Positions 17,489 through 26,634 of a stretch of 64,000 nt of DNA are shown here, one piece after another. Source of the DNA: Longimicrobiales bacterium (GTDB lineage Bacteria; Gemmatimonadota; Gemmatimonadetes; Longimicrobiales; Gaopeijiaceae); the NCBI GenBank assembly GCA_965202805.1, contig OZ241869.1, positions 1,856,001 through 1,920,000 of the forward strand. Direction: 5' to 3'. Position numbers and translations under genes: made by a program. Each line of letters starts with the position of its first letter. Position 1 is the first letter of the stretch. The notes below the pieces were generated by a model. It ran no database searches and was not told the origin of the DNA. It saw only the letters and a program-made list of their open reading frames with translations.

Positions 17489-19416
17489 GTTCACCACCTC
17501 GACGACCACCGGCGCCAGCGCCTCCCCGCCATGCGGATCACGGGCGCTCATCGTCAACTCGTACCGGTTCGGCTCCGTCTCGTGGTCCTCGCCCGGACCC
17601 ACATACGTCACCGCGCCGTCCCCCGCCCCGACCGCGAACAGATGTCCGGCGCCCGACGCCAGCGCATACTTCACCTCGTCTCCGTCCGGGTCCTCGGCGA
17701 CCGCCGCGCCCAGCGGCACCGGGCGGCCCCGGCCGTCCTCGTTCTCCCGAAGCTCGAACGTGTAGGACGGCTCGCCGAACGCCGGAGGCGCGTTCGCGAC
17801 CTCGATGGACACCGTGGCCGAAGCCGTTCCGCCCCGGCCGTCGGAGACCTGCACGCGCATCGTGACGCTCCCGGTCTCGGCCGGAGCCCGCCAGCGCGCC
17901 GCCGCCTCGTCGACCGGCCCCGCGAACCGCCCTGCGGGCGCGCTCCACGCATAGCTCAGCGGGTCGCCGTCGGGGTCCGAAGCCCGCGCGGTCAGACGTA
18001 CCTCCCCGCCCGGACCGATCCGGCACGGGTCGCACGACGCGGACACCGTCGGCTCGCCGTTCCGCGGATCGCCGCCCCCGCCGCCTCCGCCGCCTCCTCC
18101 CCCGTCCCCGCCGTCGTCGTCCCCGCCGTCGTCGTCCCGAATCCTCACCTCCACCGAGCTCGGGCTGCCCGCCTTCACCGACGACGGCAGGTTGCCCAAC
18201 GCCACGGTGAACGTCTCGTCAGCGGTGTCGGTGTCCTGGTTCGTCGTCACCGTGCCCGTGCCGGTCGTCGAACCGGAGCTGATCGTGATGCTCGACAGCG
18301 AGCCGTAGTCCTCCCACTCGGCCGTGCCGCTGGACAGCGTCAGCGGGATCGCCACGTTGCTCGAGAGCGGCGACGACAGGCGAGCGGTCACCGTCACCGG
18401 GGAGCCCTCCGTCACCGGGTTCGGCGAGGCCGAAAGCGACACCGTGGGCGCCGACGAAGTCCCTCCGCCTCCGCCGTCGTCCCGCCCCGGCTGGCGCGTC
18501 ACCGTCACGGTGTAGGTCCGCGTCGTGGTGCCGTCCTCGGCGGTAACCTCGACCCTGAGGGCGTTCGGGCCCGTCGAGAGCGCGATGGCTCCGCTCGCCG
18601 AGCCGCTCGCGACCGCCGTCAGGCTCGACCCCTTGCCCACCTTCACCGTGGCATTGGAGTCGTTCACCGTCGGCGTCAGCTTCGCGTGGGAGACATAATT
18701 GGCCACCGTCGCCGAGTAGAACGTGGTGGACGCGGCGAACGTGCCGATGCTCAGCGCCGTGAACGTGCCCGTCGCGCTCGTGCTGCTCGACGCCGTCAGG
18801 CCGGACAGGGTCGCGTCGGTGGACTGCGGCTGGGTCGGCGCGCAGGACGTGCCGATGCTGAGGGAGACCGGGGTGCCGACGGTCCAGGTGAGGCCGTGGT
18901 TCATCCAGTAATGAGAGGCGATGCCGAAGATCGAAAAATCAAACTCGGTCGAGCCGACACAGAATTTGAGCCTCCGAAGCGCTGGACTCGCTGCTGTCGA
19001 CAGAGTAAGGAGAAGAGGTCCACTTGTTCTAACACTAAGGTCAAGGAAGTGATACGATTGGCCGTCGACCGTGAAGCTGTTGTCCGTCAGCTGCGTATCG
19101 CATTCAGACTTGCTTCCGCAGCCGACTCCCCCTGCAATTTCCACCGGCGTCAACGTCGCCGACCAGACGGTGGAGGCGTCCTGCCGGGCCGAGGGTGTGC
19201 CGCTGCCCGTGATGAACGCGGAGCGGACGTTGCCGGGTATCGTCAGCGCCTCTGCCGCCGCGGGGGCGAGCAGGGCGAGCGCGCCGAGCAGCAGCGCGGG
19301 AGCGGGCAGGAGGTTCAGGCGGGCGCGCGATGTCGTGATCTGTCAACCCCTGCCAAATGTCGACTGCCAGCCGCCTCGGTCCTCGCAAACACACGCGCGC
19401 GCCCTCTCCCGTGCGA

Positions 19417-19480
19417 GGAAAGCGCATCCTACGACAGGAAAAGCGCATCCTACGACAGAAAAGGCGCGTCCTAATGATAG
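19417..19480. repeat. 21-bp tandem repeat x3 upstream of the adhesin gene
   Basis: ggaaagcgcatcctacgacag / gaaaagcgcatcctacgacag / aaaaggcgcgtcctaatgatag. Confidence 0.8.
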
Positions 19481-19534
19481 AATTCTTGTCAAGTCCCCTT
19501 GCACGCAGGATCCCGGGCGTCCCCGCCGCAACCG

Positions 19535-19666
19535 GACGAGATCGGCTGCCTCCCGGTCACCCGCAGCGGTGCCATCCTCTTCTTCCAGCTCATGAACCGG
19601 CGCTACGAGCACGCTTCGACGGCGCTCACCTCGAACCAGGGCTTCGAGCGCTGGGGCGAGATCATG
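19535..19666 (+). mobile_element. istB: IS21-family istB ATPase remnant
   Basis: DEIGCLPVTRSGAILFFQLMNRRYEHASTALTSNQGFERWGEI matches the IstB Walker B to TSN region. Confidence 0.8.
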
Positions 19667-19723
19667 ATCACCGTCCGGGCCCCCTGGGTAGCCCAGGCGG
19701 AGGGTCTGCCCCGGGGGTGGCGC

Positions 19724-20085
19724 AGTTTCGCATACGCGCGTCCCGATTTGCCATTGACATCGTCCGGTTCGGCGGCTCCGAGTGGACCGGTGGCGAAGGA
19801 GTGCTCGAATTCACATGCGGGCGTCCCGTCTTGCCATTGACAACATCCCCAGCGGACGGCTCGCTGCGGACAGAAGCCAGGACGCCCGAATTCATAACCG
19901 CGCGTCCCGATTTGCCATTGACGGCATCCCCGGCGCCCGGCTCGTTGCGGGCAGGAACCAGGGCGCCCGAATTCACATGCGCGCGTCCCGTTCTGCCATT
20001 GACAGGACGCCGGCGCGCGGCTCGCTGAGCGGGCAGAAGCCAGGGTGCCCGAATTCACATGCGGGCGTCCCAATTTGCCATTGAC
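19724..20085. repeat. Degenerate 81-82-bp tandem array, 5 copies of a ~35-bp core
   Basis: Core GAATTCACATGCGSGCGTCCCG.TTTGCCATTGAC starts at 19807, 19888, 19969 and 20051, with a weaker copy at ~19724. Confidence 0.85.
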
Positions 20086-20304
20086 GGATTTCTAACCCGC
20101 TCTTCGGCAGGATTCAATATCCTGCATTCCATAGTCCGCCAGCGGCGCTGACAGGCCCTCTGAGAGCGTTCGTGGGCCTCCGCCTCCTCCGATGGTCTCC
20201 CAACCCCGCCTCGGCCGCTACAGGGCATCCTCGGAGGCCGATTTCAGTACCGTTATATTTGTATGTAAGTCATCAACAATAACCTCGATATTACGGATCA
20301 ACCG

Positions 20305-22116
20305 ATGATCGCATCTCGAAACTTGATCGCATCCGGAGACTCGATCGCATCTCAAGACTCGATCGCATCTTCAGACCAGGGCTGCGCCACGCGCGAAGCG
20401 CCCTCTTCCGACGAGAACGACGATGAACTCTACCGGCTCGGCGAACGCATCGCGGCGCTTGCCGAACGCATCAACGCCGCCGAAGCCCGGATGATGACCC
20501 TGATCGCCGATTTCGACCGCCGGGGCGGGTGGAAGGACGGCGGCTACTCTTCCTGCGCCGAGTGGCTGGCGTGGCGGCTCGGCATGAAGATCGGCCCGGC
20601 CCGCGAGCGCGTCCGCGCGGCCCGCGCGCTCGAGAACCTGCCGCAGACGGCGGATGCCCTGGCGAGCGGCACCATCTCCTACACCAAGGTGCGGGCGCTC
20701 ACGCGCGTGGCGACGCCCGAGCAGGAGGGGGAGCTGCTCAAGTTCGCGCGCGTCAGCTCGGCCGCGAAGCTGGAGCGGACGCTGCGCATGTGGAAGAAGC
20801 TGTCCCGCGATGAGGAGCTGACGGCGGAGCAGGCCCGGCGCCGCAGCCGGACGTTTTCCGTGTTCGTGGACGGCGACGGCATGTACGTGGTGAAGGGCCG
20901 GCTCGAGCCCGAGGTCGGGGCGGTGCTGATGCGGGCGGTGGAGGCGGCGTCGGATGCGCTGTTCCGGTGCGAGGGCGAAGGGGGCGCCGGTAGCCGCGAG
21001 GGCGGTGCGGGTGCGGGTGGTGACCAGGGCCGAGCGGGTGCCGGTAGCCGAGGGAACGATGCCGGCAACGCGCGTCCCAAGCCGAAGCAGCGCCGGGCGG
21101 ACGCGGTGGGGCTGCTGGCGGAGCGGGCGCTGGCGGCCGGGTTTGGAGGTGGTGAATGCCGTGAACCGGATGGCGATGTGGATGCGGTGGACGGTGACCT
21201 CGGCGAACCGGATGGCGATTTCGATGAGCTGGATGGCGCTCGGACCACCGAGTCGAATGCGGCGTCTCGGGGTGAACCGGTTGGAACGCGGGAAAATGCA
21301 CAGAAGAGCGCCGCGGGAGCCGAGCCCTGTGCCAAGTGCGGCACCCGGCACGACGAACCCGGAGCCCGGCACGACGAACTCGGAGCCCGACCCCGCGTCG
21401 AGTCCGGCACCCGCGCCGAGCGCTACCAGGTCATGGTCCACTGCGACGCCTCGACGCTCGCGGCGGAGGGCGAGCCGGGACGCTCGGATCTGGACGGGAT
21501 CCGCGTCTCCGCGGAAACGTCGCGGCGCATGGCGTGCGATGCCGCCGTGGTCGCGATGGTCCACGCCGAGGACGGGTCGGTGCTGAACGTGGGCCGACGA
21601 ACCCGGACCATTCCGCCGCACATCCGGCGGGCGCTGGAGGAGCGGGACCGGGGATGCCGCTTTCCGGGGTGCGGCTGCCAGTTCACCGAGGCGCATCACG
21701 TGAAGCACTGGGCCGACGGAGGCGAGACGAGCCTGAGGAACACGGTGTTGCTCTGTCGGCGGCATCATCGCGCGGTTCACGAGGGACGCGTGAAAGTGTC
21801 GGTGGCCAGCGACGGGACCGTGCTCTTCGTCACGCCGAAGGGGAGGATGCTGGTCGATGCGCCGAGCAGGCCAACGTTGGGGAACGCGCGAAGGCAGCGA
21901 GTGTCGCGGGAGGCACCGGGCCAGCGAGTACCGGACGAAGCGCCGGGCCAGCGAGTACCGCAGGATCTGCCTCCGGTCCCATCGGCGCATCCCGGCGCCC
22001 CGGCGACGGGCGATGGTTTTGTGCTCTCCAACGGAGCAGCGCTCTATCGCGACGCCGACATCCCGTGGGAGATCGAAGCCGCGTTCCGGGAAGCCATGGA
22101 TGAGTCCCTCGAGTAG
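20305..22116 (+). CDS. DUF222 domain / HNH endonuclease (REP13E12-like)
   Basis: N-terminal GW...G..SCAEWLAWR..M....ARERVR motif. C-terminal RRALEERDRGCRFPGC..EAHHVKHWADGGETSLRNTVLLCRRHHRAVH. Confidence 0.9.
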   Translation: MIASRNLIASGDSIASQDSIASSDQGCATREAPSSDENDDELYRLGERIAALAERINAAEARMMTLIADFDRRGGWKDGGYSSCAEWLAWRLGMKIGPARERVRAARALENLPQTADALASGTISYTKVRALTRVATPEQEGELLKFARVSSAAKLERTLRMWKKLSRDEELTAEQARRRSRTFSVFVDGDGMYVVKGRLEPEVGAVLMRAVEAASDALFRCEGEGGAGSREGGAGAGGDQGRAGAGSRGNDAGNARPKPKQRRADAVGLLAERALAAGFGGGECREPDGDVDAVDGDLGEPDGDFDELDGARTTESNAASRGEPVGTRENAQKSAAGAEPCAKCGTRHDEPGARHDELGARPRVESGTRAERYQVMVHCDASTLAAEGEPGRSDLDGIRVSAETSRRMACDAAVVAMVHAEDGSVLNVGRRTRTIPPHIRRALEERDRGCRFPGCGCQFTEAHHVKHWADGGETSLRNTVLLCRRHHRAVHEGRVKVSVASDGTVLFVTPKGRMLVDAPSRPTLGNARRQRVSREAPGQRVPDEAPGQRVPQDLPPVPSAHPGAPATGDGFVLSNGAALYRDADIPWEIEAAFREAMDESLE

Positions 22117-22365
22117 GCCATGGGCCTGTCACATCCGGGCGAGCCCGCCTTTCGAGCCAAGGCCCGCCTTCCCGAGCCCGCCTTCCGGGCCAGCCCACCT
22201 TCCGGGCCAGCCCACCTTCCGGACCGAAGACCTGAACACGCACCAGCGCGTCGGGGGCTCACCACCGCGTTGGGCAAAGGGCCCACCCGCGTGTTGGCAA
22301 GGGTCACCAGCGTGTCGCCAGCCCTGGTGTCGGGATCTTCATCTTCAGGCGCGCCGCCAGCCTGC

Positions 22366-23496
22366 TCAGTCGCCATCCTCTGCGTGGCGGCGGGCGATGC
22401 GGTCCAGCTTCGGCCCGATGGATGACATCACCGCCGCGAACAGGACGAGCGCCCAGCCTGCAGAGAGGATCAGGTGGGCGCCGACGAGCATTCTCGCGCC
22501 GACCGATACCGGGACGAGGCTCATGAAGTCCTGGCCGAGGGCGGTGAAGAACGCAAAGGAGAACCAGTCGGCGATCCCCGTGCCGCCGCCGGCAAACGAC
22601 CCGGGGGCAAGGCGCTGCAGCGTCCCGTAGAAACCCGCGAAGACGGCGATGATCGTCATGTAGCCGACGGCAAACCCGCCGATCGGCACCCACATGATCC
22701 GCAGGTAGGCGGCGAGCTGACTGTACACTTCAAGCCGCGGACGGAGCCAGACGGCGGCGGCGCGCCCAACAAGAAACGCGATCAGCGGAATCACCACGAT
22801 CGAGAAGACGATGGTCAGGACGATCCACGCGGCCGCGGCGGCACCCGTCAACCCGACGTCTTCCCGGATCACCCCGAAACCGAACAGCAGACCCATCACG
22901 ACAGGAAGGACAACCGCGCCCAGGACCAGCAGCCACGGAGGCCGCGGGTCATCCCATCCCTCGCGGCGCCGGCTGAGGAGGCCGATCAGCAGCGCGGTCC
23001 AGGGCACGGCCAGGAGAAGGAATGCCGCCAGGAGTGGCGCCAGGTCGAAATTGCCAACGACCAGCGCGGGGATGAATCCCAGGCTCAGCAGGACGGCGAG
23101 GATGAACGTTTCCCGGATGACATCCCGATACCCGCGGAAAGACGAGCGGCCGAGCCCATCGATCAAGCCGACCGCCATAGGGAGAAGGGGCGGCAGGATG
23201 ATGCCCCAGCCGACACTCAACGCCCCGCTCAGGAACGCCGCGACGACGCCGACCGCCAGGCCGATCAGGATGCCGGCCCACGGGTGACTCCCCGATCTCC
23301 CGCGCAAACCGACGCCGACACCGACGGCAACCGCGAACCCCGCCCCCAGCAGAACGTCGGTGTGGACGCCGGTGATGGCGTAGCCGAAGGTTACGACGAT
23401 GGCGGCGATGGCGGCCGCGATCCGGACCGCCCGCCAGATCAGTTGTTTCGGCATCCCCCTCCCTGGCGGAAGGTCAGGCAATGGCGTCGAGGGCAA
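22366..23496 (-). CDS. Multi-pass membrane protein with a C-terminal two-TM ion-channel-like domain
   Basis: About 9 hydrophobic segments. DWFSFAFFTALGQDFMSLVPVSVGARMLV resembles an Ion_trans_2 pore region. Confidence 0.6.
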   Translation of the reverse strand: MPSTPLPDLPPGRGMPKQLIWRAVRIAAAIAAIVVTFGYAITGVHTDVLLGAGFAVAVGVGVGLRGRSGSHPWAGILIGLAVGVVAAFLSGALSVGWGIILPPLLPMAVGLIDGLGRSSFRGYRDVIRETFILAVLLSLGFIPALVVGNFDLAPLLAAFLLLAVPWTALLIGLLSRRREGWDDPRPPWLLVLGAVVLPVVMGLLFGFGVIREDVGLTGAAAAAWIVLTIVFSIVVIPLIAFLVGRAAAVWLRPRLEVYSQLAAYLRIMWVPIGGFAVGYMTIIAVFAGFYGTLQRLAPGSFAGGGTGIADWFSFAFFTALGQDFMSLVPVSVGARMLVGAHLILSAGWALVLFAAVMSSIGPKLDRIARRHAEDGD

Positions 23497-23583
23497 CCAG
23501 TTCCGTCCCTGACGGTGCGCACGGATCCGTACTCATTCGGGAGGCCGCGAGTGCACGCCCCTGCCTCGCACGCACACCTCTGC

Positions 23584-25857
23584 CTACCGCTCCGGGTCCG
23601 AAACCACCGTCGGCCCCTCTCCCTCCTCCAGCGTCTCCAGCACCTGGCGCCACTCGAACTTCTCGCCGATGCCGCGCACGTAGTGGTCCATCCAGGCCTT
23701 CTCGCTCACGGCCTTGACCAGGCGGTTGCGCGGGTCCGGGATGCCGTGGCTGCGGCCGGGATACATGAAGAGCTCCGTCGGCACCTCCAGCTTCTTGAGC
23801 GCCATGTGCAGCTCGACCGACTGCGGGCTCGGCACGCGCGGATCGCCCTCGACCACGTGAATCATGGTGGGCGTGACCGCGTTGGTGATGTACTTGAGCG
23901 GGGACTGGTCGAAGTAGGTGTCGAAGTCCTCGTACAGGAAGCCGTCGCCCACGTAGAACTGGCGGTTCCGCTGCACGTCGCTCTGGGCGTACATGCTGAT
24001 CCAGTTCATGGTCCCGGCGCCGGAGCTGATCGCCTTGAAGCGGTCGGTCTGCGTCAGGATCCAGTTGGACCAGTGGCCGCCCGCGCTCCATCCCAGCGCG
24101 CCCATGCGGTCGCCGTCCACGATGCCTTCGGCGATGAGATGGTCCACGCCGGTGATGATGTCCTCGTAGCCCATCGTGAAGTAGTCGCCCACGATGTCGG
24201 TGCGATGCGCGTTGCCGTAGTTGCGCGAGCCGCGATAGTTGGGCTTGAGGACGGCGTAGCCCGCGCCCGCGTACACCTGCGCGTTGTAGCCCCCGTTGAA
24301 GCGGAGGATGTCGGCGGACGCGGGGCCGCCGTGGATCGCGACGATGAGCGGATAGCGCGTCCCCTCCTCGTAGCCGACGGGGTAGACCAGGACCCCGCCG
24401 ACCATCTTTCCGTCGGACGAGCGCCAGTTGACCTCCACCTCCTCGCCGAGGGCGATGTCGCGCACCTGCGGGTTCACGTCCACGAGCTGCGTCCACGCCG
24501 AGCGGTCGGGCACGTCGTCCACGCTCGCCACGGTGAACACGGTGGGAGGGGTCTTCGGGTCGCTGTAGCCGATGAGGAGCGTGCCGGTGTCGTCGTCGCG
24601 GGACACGGAAAGGGCAGCCCGCTCCTCGGTGAGCTGCCGCACCTCGCCCGTCCCGACATCGAGTGCGTGCAACTGCGTGGTCACCGTCACGCCGGCATTG
24701 AAGTAGATGGTCTCCGAGTCCCCGGACCAGAACCCGACGCTCGAGCTCTGGTCGAAGTCCGCGCCCAGCTTGCGGAACGCGCCCCCGCGGTCATCGACTT
24801 CGCGGATGTAGACGCGGTTTTCGGTCATCGAATAGCGCTCCAGGTCGTCCGGCGCCGAGAAGGCGATCCAGCGGCCGTCGGGGGAGAAGCTCATCCCGCC
24901 CTCGCCGATCTCGTAGTTGTCGGTGAGGCGCTCGATCTCGCCGGTCGCCACTTCCTTGAGATAGAGGTCCGCGTAGAGGCGCTGCGCGGTGATGTTGCGC
25001 TCGTAGCGCTCGGGCGAGCCGCCCGTGATGCCGATCCAGCGGCCATCGTCGGAGAGCGTGAAGCCGTTGACGCTGTACGAGGCGTCGCTGGTCTCGCGCC
25101 GCTCGGTGGCCGACGCGACATCCACGCTCCACAGGCTCGAGAGCGGGGTGACGGCGTTGCGGATGTCGACCGTGAAGCCGTGCTCGCGACGTTTCACCTC
25201 GTCCTCGTCGAAGGAGTCGGGGCGCGCGAAGTAGATGCGGCTCCCGTCCGGGGAGAAGTCCCACTGGTCGACCCCGGCCTCGCCGTCGGTGAGCTGTGCG
25301 GGCTCGGAGCCCGTGAGGTCGTCGGCCGGCAGCCGGTGGAGCTGCTCCCGACCGCTCTCGCCGGAGCGGTAGACCAGCCAGCCCCCGTCCGGGCTGAACG
25401 CGAAGCCCGACACCCCCTCGGCCGCGTCGGTGACCTTGCGGGCCTCGCCGCCGTCGTGGCGCATCATGTAGAGCTGGTTCTCGGCGCCGTCCCGGTTGGA
25501 CGAGAAGACGAAGAACGACCCGTCCGGGCCCCAGGCCGGGCTGGTCTCGTTCTTGTCGTCGGTGTAGGTGAGCTGCCGGCTCGACGCGACGCCCTCGCCG
25601 AGCGACACCAGGTGGATGTCGGACTGGGATTCCGCCGCATCCCAGTCCGGGGTCGTGACCGTGTAGAGCATCCACGCCCCGTCCGGGCTCGGCGTCCACG
25701 AGCCGGCTCGTTTGAACTCCTGCACATCCATGAACGTGAGCGGGCGCTGCTGCGCGGCCAGCGGCGAGCCGAATGCCGCGACGGCGACGGAGGCCGTGAA
25801 GGCGACGGAGGCCGTGAAGGCGGCGGAGACCGTAAGGGCGAAGGAGGGAAAGCGCAT
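23584..25857 (-). CDS. S9 family peptidase (prolyl oligopeptidase/acylaminoacyl peptidase type)
   Basis: Signal peptide, PD40-like xSPDG repeats, IHGGP, NYRGS, the GWSAGG nucleophile, DPRVP and a catalytic His. Confidence 0.92.
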   Translation of the reverse strand: MRFPSFALTVSAAFTASVAFTASVAVAAFGSPLAAQQRPLTFMDVQEFKRAGSWTPSPDGAWMLYTVTTPDWDAAESQSDIHLVSLGEGVASSRQLTYTDDKNETSPAWGPDGSFFVFSSNRDGAENQLYMMRHDGGEARKVTDAAEGVSGFAFSPDGGWLVYRSGESGREQLHRLPADDLTGSEPAQLTDGEAGVDQWDFSPDGSRIYFARPDSFDEDEVKRREHGFTVDIRNAVTPLSSLWSVDVASATERRETSDASYSVNGFTLSDDGRWIGITGGSPERYERNITAQRLYADLYLKEVATGEIERLTDNYEIGEGGMSFSPDGRWIAFSAPDDLERYSMTENRVYIREVDDRGGAFRKLGADFDQSSSVGFWSGDSETIYFNAGVTVTTQLHALDVGTGEVRQLTEERAALSVSRDDDTGTLLIGYSDPKTPPTVFTVASVDDVPDRSAWTQLVDVNPQVRDIALGEEVEVNWRSSDGKMVGGVLVYPVGYEEGTRYPLIVAIHGGPASADILRFNGGYNAQVYAGAGYAVLKPNYRGSRNYGNAHRTDIVGDYFTMGYEDIITGVDHLIAEGIVDGDRMGALGWSAGGHWSNWILTQTDRFKAISSGAGTMNWISMYAQSDVQRNRQFYVGDGFLYEDFDTYFDQSPLKYITNAVTPTMIHVVEGDPRVPSPQSVELHMALKKLEVPTELFMYPGRSHGIPDPRNRLVKAVSEKAWMDHYVRGIGEKFEWRQVLETLEEGEGPTVVSDPER

Positions 25858-26157
25858 CTGAAACCTCGCGTGCGACGGGAAACTGGGGCCGGGGCGATGT
25901 GATTCGGGGTCAGGGCGATGTCACCCGGGGCCGAGCCGCGTCGCTGCGGGTCGTGCCCATGTTATGGCGGGTCGAGTGGCGAATCGCCGGAACCCTTCAT
26001 CATACCAACAGAGATCGACGTGGGCGAGGACATGAACCGGCCGGCGAGACCCAGGCGCGGCCCTCACGCCGTCATCCCATCGCAGGCCAGGAACGAGCGC
26101 CGCGACCGGGGGTCTACTCAGGGGAGCAGTCAGGTGGTTTCGCTGGAGGAGGTCCCG

Positions 26158-26634
26158 ATGTTCATCACGGCCGGCAGGCACGCGCTCTCCGTATTGATCC
26201 TGGCCGTGCTCGTCGCCGGCTGCGGCGCATCGCTCGGGCGTCAACTGAGGGACGATATCGGGCGGGCGACGCTCAGGGACATCCAGCTCCACGTGCCGGA
26301 GGTTCTGTCCGACCACGGCTATTCGATCAATCAGCGCAGGGAGACGCGCACCCGCATCTACTACGAAACCCGCTGGCTCTACCGGGCCCCGTTCGACGAC
26401 GAGGTGGAGCGGGGCGTGCAGGAGGTGCGGACGCGGTTCTTCGTGCAGGGGCGACGGGGCGGATCGGACTTCTTCGATGTCGAGATCCGCGTCGAGAACG
26501 CGGTCCGGGGCATCCTCCCCAGCGGAGACTGGTCCCCGCTCGTCACCCCCGACTTCGAAGATCACATGAGAAGCGTCTCCGACGAACTCATGATGAACAT
26601 CAACGCGGGCGTGCGGATTCGCGGAGGGGTCTGA
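26158..26634 (+). CDS. Hypothetical lipoprotein
   Basis: GGAGGAGG RBS and lipobox VAG-C. Confidence 0.7.
   Translation: MFITAGRHALSVLILAVLVAGCGASLGRQLRDDIGRATLRDIQLHVPEVLSDHGYSINQRRETRTRIYYETRWLYRAPFDDEVERGVQEVRTRFFVQGRRGGSDFFDVEIRVENAVRGILPSGDWSPLVTPDFEDHMRSVSDELMMNINAGVRIRGGV

Larger units (their letters stand above)
15551..19339 (-). pseudogene. Ig-like/cadherin repeat adhesin (autotransporter passenger) lacking its beta-barrel
   Basis: In-frame signal peptide from ATC at 19339. It has cadherin-like beta-sandwich, Calx-beta-like, PKD-like and cadherin domains, 4 Big_9-type repeats and an autotransporter-type linker (VLDETLAAMARAHLASARMTLGRR). Similarity ends near 15551 and the frame runs on to 14837. 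Confidence 0.75.

Noticed and set aside
18900..19145. Diversity-generating retroelement variable region
   Set aside because: No reverse transcriptase or template repeat is visible in the window.
15551..19474. Remainder of the 1498-aa plus-strand ORF as a real protein
   Set aside because: Only the GAF part (15026-15550) is protein-like. The rest is antisense to the adhesin.
19724..20085. CRISPR array
   Set aside because: The linkers resemble one another, the cores are degenerate and no cas genes are present. It is kept as a tandem array.
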